From a virus (taxonomy: Duplodnaviria > Heunggongvirae > Uroviricota > Caudoviricetes): DNA of 38,024 bases. Below are positions 27,628 to 35,656 of this stretch, one piece after another. Numbering within the stretch: the stretch's first letter is position 1; every line of letters begins with the position of its first letter. Below the pieces are notes generated by a model that was not told the origin of the DNA, did not search any database, and worked only from the letters and a program-made list of their open reading frames with translations. A program made the position numbers and the translations under genes. The stretch lies in the IMG/VR virus record IMGVR_UViG_2531839235_000024. One strand, given 5' to 3'.

Positions 27628-27808
27628 TCGTGGCCGCCTCACTGATTTGTGAAATGAGTTGCAGGGTGTGCTGCTGATTTGCCAGCACCTGACGCGCCTC
27701 ATCCCGCTCACGCACAAGCACCTGATTATTGTCTTCAAGGCGCTGCGTCTTCTGGTGCATTCCCCATATAGCGGCAACCAGTACAGCGATAATCCCCAGC
27801 GCCGCCAT
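27458..27808 (-). CDS. i-spanin (Rz-like inner-membrane protein)
   Basis: N-terminal TM (AALGIIAVLVAAIWG) followed by a Gln/Glu-rich coiled-coil; start uncertain (ATG at 27808 chosen; ORF is open to 27979). Confidence 0.5.
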   Translation of the reverse strand: MAALGIIAVLVAAIWGMHQKTQRLEDNNQVLVRERDEARQVLANQQHTLQLISQISEAATNEKQQNIQHSEGQQSVVRRSLAAVPAASAPVPDDVADRVRRAVCEIRACEAGADPR

Positions 27809-27920
27809 GCACGCCCCGGCAATCAGGGCCGGTAAGGCATTATTCACCGCAGCCACAGGACACCCCGTAACAGCAGTACCGCACACAGCAGCGCTATCAT
27901 GAGCGGTCGCCAGAAGCGGT

Positions 27921-28421
27921 TCAGACTTTCGGCAAGTCGTAGCGACATAACCATTCATCCGCCGAACGGCGGGCCTCAAGGCCGGGGAGTTTCACCCCCT
28001 TTGAATAAATCCAGCGGATATACTGCTTACAGGACGCGGGCATCTGCCCGGCATTGATCAGGCGCAGAAGCGTGGAGTTGCGAAAGTTCGTTTCACCGGC
28101 CCAGAAGATCCACGAAGCCAGCGCCACCGTCTGACCACGGGTAAGCGGCACCTGAACACGCCGATCAATGGCCGCAAAGGCCCATTTCATGTCCTTTTCC
28201 AGTAGTTCCAGGCATTCTTCATCTGTCAGGGTCATACCCGGTTTCACATCCGGGCCGGTATGGCCGTAACAGATGGTGGGTGTACCGGTGGGATCGATAT
28301 ACGTGGAGTTTTCTTTCCCTTCCCAGTAACCGGTGTAATGCGTGGCAATCGTGAACGTCCCGGCACCGGCCAGAACAAGGGCAATCAGCTTTTTACGCAG
28401 TGGTGCGGGGAGTTTTGGCAT
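27921..28421 (-). CDS. lys: SAR endolysin (phage lysozyme with N-terminal signal-anchor-release domain)
   Basis: N-terminal KKLIALVLAGAGTFTIATHY hydrophobic segment followed by the lysozyme catalytic region YWEGKENSTYIDPTGTPTICYGHTG; Mu lys is a SAR endolysin. Confidence 0.7.
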   Translation of the reverse strand: MPKLPAPLRKKLIALVLAGAGTFTIATHYTGYWEGKENSTYIDPTGTPTICYGHTGPDVKPGMTLTDEECLELLEKDMKWAFAAIDRRVQVPLTRGQTVALASWIFWAGETNFRNSTLLRLINAGQMPASCKQYIRWIYSKGVKLPGLEARRSADEWLCRYDLPKV

Positions 28422-28422
28422 T

Positions 28423-28460
28423 GTTACGCTGTCTCATGATGTTCTCTGAGTCAGCGTAAC
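28423..28460. promoter_or_regulatory. Interrupted inverted repeat GTTACGCTG-N20-CAGCGTAAC immediately upstream of the lys start codon
   Basis: 9-bp perfect arms seen directly; lies in the 71-bp gap between the Mor/C-family gene and lys, where Mu carries its C-dependent lys promoter. Confidence 0.35.
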
Positions 28461-28492
28461 GGTGAAGGAGAGGCGGCAGGCTTTGCGGAATA

Positions 28493-28918
28493 TCAGAAAA
28501 GTGGCGGTTGCGTTCTTGCCAGATGCAGACGGCGCTGTTCGCGTATGACGGTATAAATCTGGGTTTCTGACATCCGGTAATGGCGGCGAAGGGATTCAAT
28601 TTTCTCGCCCCGGTCCCAGCGCGAAAATATCTCATTGTTTCGCAGCTCGGCAAAGAGAGATTCCCCGACCGGCAGGTAATAACCCCGTCCGCCCATATAG
28701 GCTGCCTGAGCCGCAGCCACCTTGCGTGCCAGTTTACCGGCCAGTACCGGCTCAATCCCCTGACGCTGAAGTTCTGCGCCGGTGACTTCAACCAGTTCTG
28801 ACAGGGTCCGCGGCCAGTTCTTTTTGAGAACATCATCAGGGATGTCATCAAGGCGGTCGATAAGGGCGTGCAGTTGCTCACTGTCACCACCAAACATGCT
28901 CATCTGAGTTTCTGCCAT
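28493..28918 (-). CDS. Mor/C-family transcriptional activator (probable late-gene activator C analogue)
   Basis: 141 aa with the C-terminal HTH pattern LRRHYRMSETQIYTVIREQRR resembling Mu Mor/C; immediately upstream of the lysis genes. Confidence 0.65.
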   Translation of the reverse strand: MAETQMSMFGGDSEQLHALIDRLDDIPDDVLKKNWPRTLSELVEVTGAELQRQGIEPVLAGKLARKVAAAQAAYMGGRGYYLPVGESLFAELRNNEIFSRWDRGEKIESLRRHYRMSETQIYTVIREQRRLHLARTQPPLF

Positions 28919-28987
28919 ATCAGCCTCCGGTTCTCGCGTTCCCGGTAAGTTTAAAATAAAAATCCCGCGTTGTGGCGGGATTTGGGG

Positions 28988-29497
28988 TTAACGGGGAAGT
29001 GATTTTTCATACTGCCTGCAAACGGCGTCATACCCCATCAGCGTGCGTTCGGGCATTCCCATCGCGGCCAGCATTTTGCGGCGGTGCCATCGCTTGAGAC
29101 GCTCCAGCACATCTGAGGCCAGGGCGGGGTGTTGCTCCAGCCACTGCCAGTTTGCCACACCTTCGCCGCCGTTCTGCGCGGCCGTCTGCGATTTCACCCA
29201 GCGGTTAAGAGCGGTTTCCGCACCATCAGAGATAAAGCCCTGCCGGTGCATCACTTTCCAGATGGCGCGAATTTTGGCGGTCACCGTACCCGGTTTTAAG
29301 GCCCGGTTAACCGGTTTCTGACGCACTTTAAAACCGCGTTTTTTGAAAACATCCAGCACGCGGGATAACTCACCGGGTGACATATCCCGGCAGCTGGTTT
29401 TGCCGGTGGCTGCCAGTAGTACGAATGTGTAGGTCTCATCATCTAGGGCAAGCTCGCGCTTTGCCACATGAATAGCGGATATCAGTTTCCCTCTCAT
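28988..29497 (-). CDS. gemA: GemA-like protein (Mu gp16)
   Basis: N-terminus ...ISAIHVAKRELALDDETYTFVLLAATGKTSCRDMSPGELSRVLDVFKKRGFKVR matches Mu GemA as I recall it. Confidence 0.7.
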   Translation of the reverse strand: MRGKLISAIHVAKRELALDDETYTFVLLAATGKTSCRDMSPGELSRVLDVFKKRGFKVRQKPVNRALKPGTVTAKIRAIWKVMHRQGFISDGAETALNRWVKSQTAAQNGGEGVANWQWLEQHPALASDVLERLKRWHRRKMLAAMGMPERTLMGYDAVCRQYEKSLPR

Positions 29498-29790
29498 GCT
29501 GTATCAACACTCCTGCTGATATGATAGATATTACTTTCCCGATCGAGCTGAACCCGATACTCCGGAGGAATCACAAAAATATTAAAACCATCATCAGTTT
29601 TTATTCTTGAGTAGTATTCCCCCTTATGATATCTGGCAAGTGCATTAATCAGAGAAGTCGCCGCCAGCCCAATCAGGTATTTTTTATGAAAAATACTGAT
29701 AACTTTCCGGCACAGCCATCGTGTAATGACGAATGCACCGAAAAACGATGTGATATATAAACACCAGAACAACTGCGAACTACTGTCCAT
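29494..29790 (-). CDS. Hypothetical membrane protein (98 aa, N-terminal TM)
   Basis: Part of an AT-rich run of four small genes with overlapping stop/start codons; hydrophobic segment LFWCLYITSFFGAFVITRWL. Confidence 0.4.
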   Translation of the reverse strand: MDSSSQLFWCLYITSFFGAFVITRWLCRKVISIFHKKYLIGLAATSLINALARYHKGEYYSRIKTDDGFNIFVIPPEYRVQLDRESNIYHISRSVDTA

Positions 29791-29977
29791 TATCTTTCTC
29801 CTTATTCAGTCTTCTGCGACATTCGGCACAGTCATCAGGGCTTTCAAATGTATCCGGCTCGCGATTATGAGCCAGATATAACCACCGCCTACATATACTG
29901 ATATTATCGCCAGTTTTAAAAAAATGATGCTTCTTAGCCATCAGAGGGCGCGCCCATCCAGCGGGTAGACTATTCAT
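29780..29977 (-). CDS. Hypothetical small protein (65 aa, Cys-containing)
   Basis: Translationally coupled within the AT-rich cassette. Confidence 0.35.
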   Translation of the reverse strand: MNSLPAGWARPLMAKKHHFFKTGDNISICRRWLYLAHNREPDTFESPDDCAECRRRLNKEKDNGQ

Positions 29978-30344
29978 TTGCTTTATCCTCCATACTGGAC
30001 AAAATCATCTGTATTAATGTCGGGCGTGGAGATATACGCATTTCATTAAGCGTCTGAAGGGCAGCAACAGCTGCCTGTTTATCGGTGCCTTTGGCAATTT
30101 CCGCAAGAGAATGCACAATCCATAACGGACTTAACGCCACGACTGAATCCAGAATCATGTCATCCATAATAATTTCTGACACATCCCGCTTATCACATTC
30201 CTTATCCATAAAAGAAACGATTTTTTCCACATCTTCCGGTTTCATGCCTCCGGCGATAAGAAATTTGCGATACTCATAAGACGATCTTAATTCAATACTC
30301 ATATTCATCTCCTGTAACTCTGACAAGGACGTGATTTTTCTCAT
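29970..30344 (-). CDS. Hypothetical acidic protein (124 aa)
   Basis: Translationally coupled within the AT-rich cassette. Confidence 0.4.
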   Translation of the reverse strand: MRKITSLSELQEMNMSIELRSSYEYRKFLIAGGMKPEDVEKIVSFMDKECDKRDVSEIIMDDMILDSVVALSPLWIVHSLAEIAKGTDKQAAVAALQTLNEMRISPRPTLIQMILSSMEDKANE

Positions 30345-30526
30345 TTATGTTTTCCAGTAATACGGATATATATGTCGATAAGAAGATTCATAATAAACAG
30401 GAAGAGCGACATCCTGATAAAGAACCAAATATCTGGCATCATGGACAGGTTTCCTGTAATCGCAAATATAAAACCAACCCCCAACACCGGAACGAAAATT
30501 GCGAAAAATACAAGTCTCTTTATCAT
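30341..30526 (-). CDS. Hypothetical small membrane protein (61 aa, two TM helices)
   Basis: Two hydrophobic helices (LVFFAIFVPVLGVGFIFAI and FFIRMSLFLFIMNLLIDIYI); ATGA overlap with the upstream gene. Confidence 0.4.
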   Translation of the reverse strand: MIKRLVFFAIFVPVLGVGFIFAITGNLSMMPDIWFFIRMSLFLFIMNLLIDIYIRITGKHK

Positions 30527-31074
30527 GGCGTTAACTCCCGTAATACAGCGTCCTCGGCAGTCCGGCGATGGTGATAAATAAAATTCACCGTACTCTCGGA
30601 TAATTCAAATTTCTCGCCTATTTCCCGGAAGGTAAGACGTCGTGGTGATTCAGCATCCCGTAATTCACGAATAAGATGAACATCATCGTCAGGTATACGG
30701 GTGAAGGGCAGCAATTCTCCGTATTTTTTCATGCTTACGCCAATATATCGCGCCCGATTGTGGACAGAATCCCGGTCTCGCCCCAGATATTCTCCTATTT
30801 GCTTACCGGTCATCGTTCTGGCATTTTTTCGGATAAATTTATCTTCATCATGTTTAAATCTTGGACGTTTGCATTTGAGCAACTCCGGGTAAGTACCGCG
30901 TAATAAAACAATCCGGTTATGTACACCCCAGAAACTTCTTTTTACCCTGACAGCAATATCCTTAACCGGGGTGGATGGATAAAGCGCAATCAGCAGCGCA
31001 TCTTCTTCAGGTGTCCACGCACGGACATGAGCAGGTGCCTGACCTTTTCGCCCCATGGGTTGTAAAATCATCAT
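30523..31074 (-). CDS. Putative HTH regulator with a Mor/C-like C-terminal helix-turn-helix
   Basis: 183 aa; C-terminal LTFREIGEKFELSESTVNFIYHHRR resembles the Mor/C DNA-binding helix; could be the Mor-equivalent middle-operon activator. Confidence 0.45.
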   Translation of the reverse strand: MMILQPMGRKGQAPAHVRAWTPEEDALLIALYPSTPVKDIAVRVKRSFWGVHNRIVLLRGTYPELLKCKRPRFKHDEDKFIRKNARTMTGKQIGEYLGRDRDSVHNRARYIGVSMKKYGELLPFTRIPDDDVHLIRELRDAESPRRLTFREIGEKFELSESTVNFIYHHRRTAEDAVLRELTP

Positions 31075-31077
31075 ACA

Positions 31078-31593
31078 TCACCCCCTGACTCGCTTTTCAG
31101 CAGCATAAAACTCATCAGACAGAATTTCGGTCATTTTCTGATTTGCGGGTTTTACGCCGCACTCAAGGTAAATCACATCGTCAACGCAGAACCACTTCAC
31201 AGGGCCAAACATGATTGCCGAGAAATCAATACCCAGCCAGAACAACAGTGCATCGGTTCTGGCATACGTGACGGGCGAATATTCACGCCACAGACTGTTA
31301 AGTTCGTCAGAGGCAACGCGCAGGGCTTTGGGAATACGTGATGTGCGCGGTGTGCAGCTCCAGCCATTCGACGCAGTCGGTTTTCGCCATAAGTCGCGAT
31401 GAAAAGGATATTTGTCATCCATAAAGCGCAGCCCTTTAAAACAAAAGCCACTGATACCGGATACAAATACCGACCGGCACGCAACATTCAGCACGGCCTC
31501 AAGGCGTTTTGCCTCATCCTTAACTTTCTGGCAGTCCTGCTGATATTTTTGCCACGCGGCCAGCGCGGAAGGGTTTGATGTTTTAAAGAACAT
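31078..31593 (-). CDS. Hypothetical early-region protein (171 aa)
   Basis: ORF in the operonic early region; no recognisable motif. Confidence 0.45.
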   Translation of the reverse strand: MFFKTSNPSALAAWQKYQQDCQKVKDEAKRLEAVLNVACRSVFVSGISGFCFKGLRFMDDKYPFHRDLWRKPTASNGWSCTPRTSRIPKALRVASDELNSLWREYSPVTYARTDALLFWLGIDFSAIMFGPVKWFCVDDVIYLECGVKPANQKMTEILSDEFYAAEKRVRG

Positions 31594-32126
31594 TACGCCA
31601 CCTCCGCAGATATCCCAGCAGGCGCGGCCGTCCGGTCAACAATCAGGTAACGCAGAACGCGCGAGGTGATATTCCAGCCGCTTAAACCGCAGATAATGAC
31701 ACCCAGGCGTATGTCGATATACGCCATCACAAACTGGGGCACGCCTTCTTTCATGGCCTGCTCATCAACTTCAGCCACCACATAAACGGTTTCACAGGTC
31801 AGAACGCCCTGAGCAAATTCCCACGCCATTGACGGAATATCATGCCCCTCAATCCACGGCAGGGATTTTCTGAAGCTGCACCACTGAACATCATCAGCCG
31901 CACCTTCCTGGCTGCATTTGCGACGAACCGGCTGCACCGGGCGGGGACGCGGAATATCATAAAAACCGTTACATTCCGTCAGCACCCCGGCATCGACCGC
32001 ATCACGCAGAAAATAAACCATCGAGGATGGCGGCATATTCATTTTTTCAGCCAGAATGCCGCAGGTCAGACGCCCGTAAATACTCAGCCAGTTTTTAACC
32101 CCTTCAAGCACTTTTGCATCAATCAT
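31593..32126 (-). CDS. Hypothetical early-region protein (177 aa)
   Basis: ORF in the operonic early region; no recognisable motif. Confidence 0.45.
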   Translation of the reverse strand: MIDAKVLEGVKNWLSIYGRLTCGILAEKMNMPPSSMVYFLRDAVDAGVLTECNGFYDIPRPRPVQPVRRKCSQEGAADDVQWCSFRKSLPWIEGHDIPSMAWEFAQGVLTCETVYVVAEVDEQAMKEGVPQFVMAYIDIRLGVIICGLSGWNITSRVLRYLIVDRTAAPAGISAEVA

Positions 32127-32129
32127 GAA

Positions 32130-32672
32130 TTATTCCTCCGTCAGCGCCACATATTCAGAATGTTTAATCTCCTGGCATTCTTCAGGAATACCCCCTTTTA
32201 TTTCCCTGCCATAAGCGCCTACTTTAAACACCACGCACAGGGCATCACGGGAGAGCGACGGGGTCCACCAGGAGTCCATGTTAAACATGGAGGGGATTCT
32301 CATTACCCCCAGCTTTTCACAGAGCCAGACAAGGAAATCAGGACGCTTTCTTAACTCGCGTTCAGCGGCTTCAATCATTGCGGCAATCGCCGGTCCTTCA
32401 GGGCATGACTCATCAGGTCTGGCAATAAAGCACGGTCCGTCCCCGACAAAAGCCACATCATCGCGCTTACGCCAGCCCGCAGGCAGAGCACCAGAAAAAT
32501 AAAACTCACTGATTACGTCCATGGCAAACGGCTTTAAGCGCAATCCGGCAGCGCCTGTATTTTTCAGTAATGCCCGAAGAATACTGTTGCGTAGCGGTAA
32601 AACAGTCTGTTGATATTTGGTGAAATATTTATTTGTCTGCACACGGTCTAATTTGAAATAAAAATATGCCAT
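32130..32672 (-). CDS. Hypothetical early-region protein (180 aa)
   Basis: ORF in the operonic early region; no recognisable motif. Confidence 0.45.
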   Translation of the reverse strand: MAYFYFKLDRVQTNKYFTKYQQTVLPLRNSILRALLKNTGAAGLRLKPFAMDVISEFYFSGALPAGWRKRDDVAFVGDGPCFIARPDESCPEGPAIAAMIEAAERELRKRPDFLVWLCEKLGVMRIPSMFNMDSWWTPSLSRDALCVVFKVGAYGREIKGGIPEECQEIKHSEYVALTEE

Positions 32673-32769
32673 ATATCCTGTTCCTTATTTTCAGTTTACA
32701 GGCGCAGGCAGTCCCCTGACGCGAGCGCCATAATTAAAACGAAGTGATATTTAATTGATTAATGCGGTG

Positions 32770-33300
32770 TTATTTATTCAGTCCGGCGTCCTGTTCAAAA
32801 GGCTCGACATAAAAACTTTCAGCGCCTTTATTCACCTTAATACCGGCAATCCCTTTCACCGCATCCGGCTCCGCCAGGACCGCTTCCTTGTTCACTTCCT
32901 CTTTCGTGCGGATAAAACGCTCAAGGCCCATACGGCGCAGCATTTCAATCACACCTTCCACATCACGACTGACGCTGCATGATGGATTCCCCAGTCGCCA
33001 TGACACCGTTCCGGTGGTCAGATTGGCAGTTTTGGTTTTGCCGCCGTTCGTCAGCTCATCACGGTTGGTTTTGCACCAGTCCTGAATCCCCTTAAAAAGC
33101 ACTTTGATTTCTTTTTTAAGGTTTTCAATCTGCGGCGTATAACGGGCGGTGATTTCTGCCACTTCATCATTCATCGCTGTTTCCAGGCGCAGCGCCTCTC
33201 GCTGAATATCGCCCAGGGTGCGGATATCGCGGCTGACCTCTTCACGGGTCTGCGGTGCCGCCTCTGCTGCGGCCTTTAATTTTGTAACGCGTTTTGCCAT
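32770..33300 (-). CDS. gam: Host-nuclease inhibitor Gam (Ku-like DNA-end binding protein)
   Basis: 176 aa; strings such as LRLETAMNDEVAEITARY, NRDELTNGGKTKTANLTTGTVSWR and LERFIRTKEEVNKEAVLAEP closely match Mu Gam as I recall it. Confidence 0.85.
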   Translation of the reverse strand: MAKRVTKLKAAAEAAPQTREEVSRDIRTLGDIQREALRLETAMNDEVAEITARYTPQIENLKKEIKVLFKGIQDWCKTNRDELTNGGKTKTANLTTGTVSWRLGNPSCSVSRDVEGVIEMLRRMGLERFIRTKEEVNKEAVLAEPDAVKGIAGIKVNKGAESFYVEPFEQDAGLNK

Positions 33301-33311
33301 TTTGTTTTTCC

Positions 33312-33605
33312 TTATTGCAGTGTGCCTGATGCTTTATGCACGCGGTGGCGTTTAATGATGGCATCCGCCCCAAAAGCCTGTACAGATGCCTGAAATTCCG
33401 CTGAGAGAAACTGAATAATTTCAGGACTGTGATACTGGAGAATACTTGCATAAACGTCACAGAGTGACGTCGGCCTGTTATTCGTATCACGTTCTGTTTT
33501 TACATCCACACCAATCTTTTCATGCACTTCAACACAGTCATTGCCTGCCGGTTTTTCGTCATGCGAAACATGCTTAAATTCAAAAATAACGCGTACTTTG
33601 CTCAT
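33312..33605 (-). CDS. Hypothetical small protein, paralogue of the adjacent gene
   Basis: Start set at the internal Met (MSKVRVIFEFKHV...) with a stop/start junction TAATTCCATG; N-terminus is paralogous to MSKVVRIIFEYKEHV of the upstream gene. Confidence 0.45.
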   Translation of the reverse strand: MSKVRVIFEFKHVSHDEKPAGNDCVEVHEKIGVDVKTERDTNNRPTSLCDVYASILQYHSPEIIQFLSAEFQASVQAFGADAIIKRHRVHKASGTLQ

Positions 33606-33609
33606 GGAA

Positions 33610-33882
33610 TTACCCCTGCTGATTAAATTCATTACCTTTAATAACCCCGGAACGCATGCTCATATCTTTCATGAGCGCACTGGCTTTCATTGCCACAAGT
33701 TCAGCAAAGTCTCTGCTTTCCGCGAGCATAACCACCCCAAAAATCATGGCGGGTCCATCACCTTTCTGCTTTATCCCGGTTGAACGTATGTCCAGACTTA
33801 CCCCCATGCGCACTGTTCCATCAGCGTTTTTATGGATAACGTGCTCCTTGTATTCGAAAATAATGCGTACGACTTTACTCAT
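33610..33882 (-). CDS. Hypothetical small protein (90 aa), tandem paralogue
   Basis: Shares its N-terminal motif with the downstream gene at 33312-33605. Confidence 0.45.
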   Translation of the reverse strand: MSKVVRIIFEYKEHVIHKNADGTVRMGVSLDIRSTGIKQKGDGPAMIFGVVMLAESRDFAELVAMKASALMKDMSMRSGVIKGNEFNQQG

Positions 33883-34160
33883 CCTCTGGTCCTCGTTCTG
33901 TTTGGATAACTGACCCGGCGTCTGACCTCACGGCAGAACCGAATCATGGCATTAAAGGCTTCTTCCTCCGTCACCGCTTCCGGTATCCCCGGAACCAGTA
34001 ACTGCTCCTGTTCATCACGTCCATGACGCGCCATAACCTCAATCACATGCCGTACCGTGGCAGGCTTTCCGGCAACTATCGGCAATGCACCTTCCGGCAG
34101 GACGTAACCAAACTCAATAAGACCACTCGACCACGCCCATGCAATGAGATTTTTTTTCAC
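33879..34160 (-). CDS. Hypothetical early-region protein (93 aa)
   Basis: ORF with a coupled stop/start in the semi-essential early region. Confidence 0.4.
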   Translation of the reverse strand: MKKNLIAWAWSSGLIEFGYVLPEGALPIVAGKPATVRHVIEVMARHGRDEQEQLLVPGIPEAVTEEEAFNAMIRFCREVRRRVSYPNRTRTRG

Positions 34161-34161
34161 C

Positions 34162-34428
34162 TCACACCTCCCAGTAAACCGTGCAGCCGCTGATGCGGGT
34201 GGCCTTCACACGGCGGCGCAGGCCGTTGGTCTGTATGGTGATTTCAATTTCACCGGTTCCCTGCACGTTGCCTACCGGCGGCGTGGTTTTCAGTGCAAAA
34301 CGTTGCGGATAGCGCTTACTGCGTTCCAGTACCGCACCGGCAAGTTCGGTCAGACGGCGCGCGCTGTTCAGGGAGTCGAATAAATTCATTTTGTTACCGC
34401 AGGATTGCATATTCATATAACACCTCAT
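34162..34428 (-). CDS. Hypothetical early-region protein (88 aa)
   Basis: ORF in the semi-essential early region. Confidence 0.35.
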   Translation of the reverse strand: MRCYMNMQSCGNKMNLFDSLNSARRLTELAGAVLERSKRYPQRFALKTTPPVGNVQGTGEIEITIQTNGLRRRVKATRISGCTVYWEV

Positions 34429-34656
34429 TTAGCTGACTTGTTTCGCACCAACAGAACGGCATATTCCGCTGTAAACGTCTGTCGCACCTTCTCGATCAAG
34501 TCCGGCAGATATCACCATTCGTGTGCGGTCATTAAATTCAAAAAGTAAATCGCCACATTCTTTATTTTCGGCCAGTGAAATCACCTTCACGTTATCGAAA
34601 TTAACCAGGTAAAAGCGTCCGTAAATATCAGGAATATTAAATACCGCCATAATCAC
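34429..34656 (-). CDS. Small protein at the Kil position (immediately downstream of B)
   Basis: 75 aa, similar in size and position to Mu Kil (74 aa); no sequence-level match claimed. Confidence 0.35.
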   Translation of the reverse strand: MIMAVFNIPDIYGRFYLVNFDNVKVISLAENKECGDLLFEFNDRTRMVISAGLDREGATDVYSGICRSVGAKQVS

Positions 34657-35585
34657 ACCTGTGAGAGTAATTCAGGGTTGGTATAAACCTCTTTAAAGGC
34701 CGCATTAATATGTTTTTCTGTCAGCGCCGCGCCTTCACCGCTGGCGGTGAGCCACGCCTGGTTAAGCGTATGTGTCAGAACGCGTAACGCTCCCGGCTTT
34801 TCAGCGATAGCCTGCATGACGGCCAGCTCGGCCTCACCACTGATCCCCCACGCCCTGGCAATGGCCAGCACATCCGCCTTTTTGGCCTTGCGAAGTTGTT
34901 TTGTACGGGCAAGACGGCTGAACAGGCGCGATAAATCATCAAAGGTGCGGCGTCCACCTTTAAACAATCCGCGCGGGTTACCAATAAGCACCATCCCGAT
35001 CCCCGTGGCGTCCTGAATTGCCCGGAGTTGCTCCAGACCGTCAATACCAAGATGATCCGCCTCATCCACAATAACCAGTCCACGCGTTCCCGTCAGGCGA
35101 CGGCGGATGGCGCGGGATAATGCCCCTTTGTTCGCGCGGGTGTAATCAATCCCCAGCGCATCGGCCAGCTCCAGCAGACACTCCGTGACGCTGGAGTGCG
35201 CGGGTGACAGGGTGATCATCCAGGTGTTTGGTTGCTCCTGGCAGTAATTACGGGCAGTGGCCGTTTTACCCACACCCGGTACGCCCACAATAACGTTAAT
35301 ACAGCCCATCAGACGAACCGCCTGAAACAGTGCGCGCAGCTCCTGGACTGTCTGCGTTTCCACAAACTGCGGCGGTTCCGGCAGTGCGCTTTGTTTATTC
35401 CAGTTCTCATACCAGGAACGCAGGGAAGCAGCCACAGCAGCGTTATCGCCTTTATATTTTCCCTTACGGAAAGCCGATAATGTGCCGTCGGAAATTCCCG
35501 CCTCTCTGGCGATGGCATACTGCGTCAGTACGCCGCCATCAATAAGTTCATCAATGGTCTTGATTACATCGTTAATATCAGTCAT
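34653..35585 (-). CDS. B: Transposition ATPase / target DNA activator B (MuB)
   Basis: 310 aa; N-terminal HTH, Walker A GVPGVGKT and Walker B LVIVDEADHLG, plus long colinear matches to Mu B (for example PEPPQFVETQTV, KKADV, QKPGALR). Confidence 0.9.
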   Translation of the reverse strand: MTDINDVIKTIDELIDGGVLTQYAIAREAGISDGTLSAFRKGKYKGDNAAVAASLRSWYENWNKQSALPEPPQFVETQTVQELRALFQAVRLMGCINVIVGVPGVGKTATARNYCQEQPNTWMITLSPAHSSVTECLLELADALGIDYTRANKGALSRAIRRRLTGTRGLVIVDEADHLGIDGLEQLRAIQDATGIGMVLIGNPRGLFKGGRRTFDDLSRLFSRLARTKQLRKAKKADVLAIARAWGISGEAELAVMQAIAEKPGALRVLTHTLNQAWLTASGEGAALTEKHINAAFKEVYTNPELLSQV

Positions 35586-35656
35586 ATTATTAACCTCTCA
35601 TTTGATACCTTGTTTAATCAAATAACCTGAGTCGCCGCTCGGGTTATTTTTTTATT

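Noticed and set aside
28393-28893. 166-aa minus-strand ORF overlapping the Mor/C-family gene and the lys start
   Set aside because: Alternative frame of the 141-aa Mor/C-like ORF, which has the recognisable C-terminal HTH; this one overlaps two well-supported genes.
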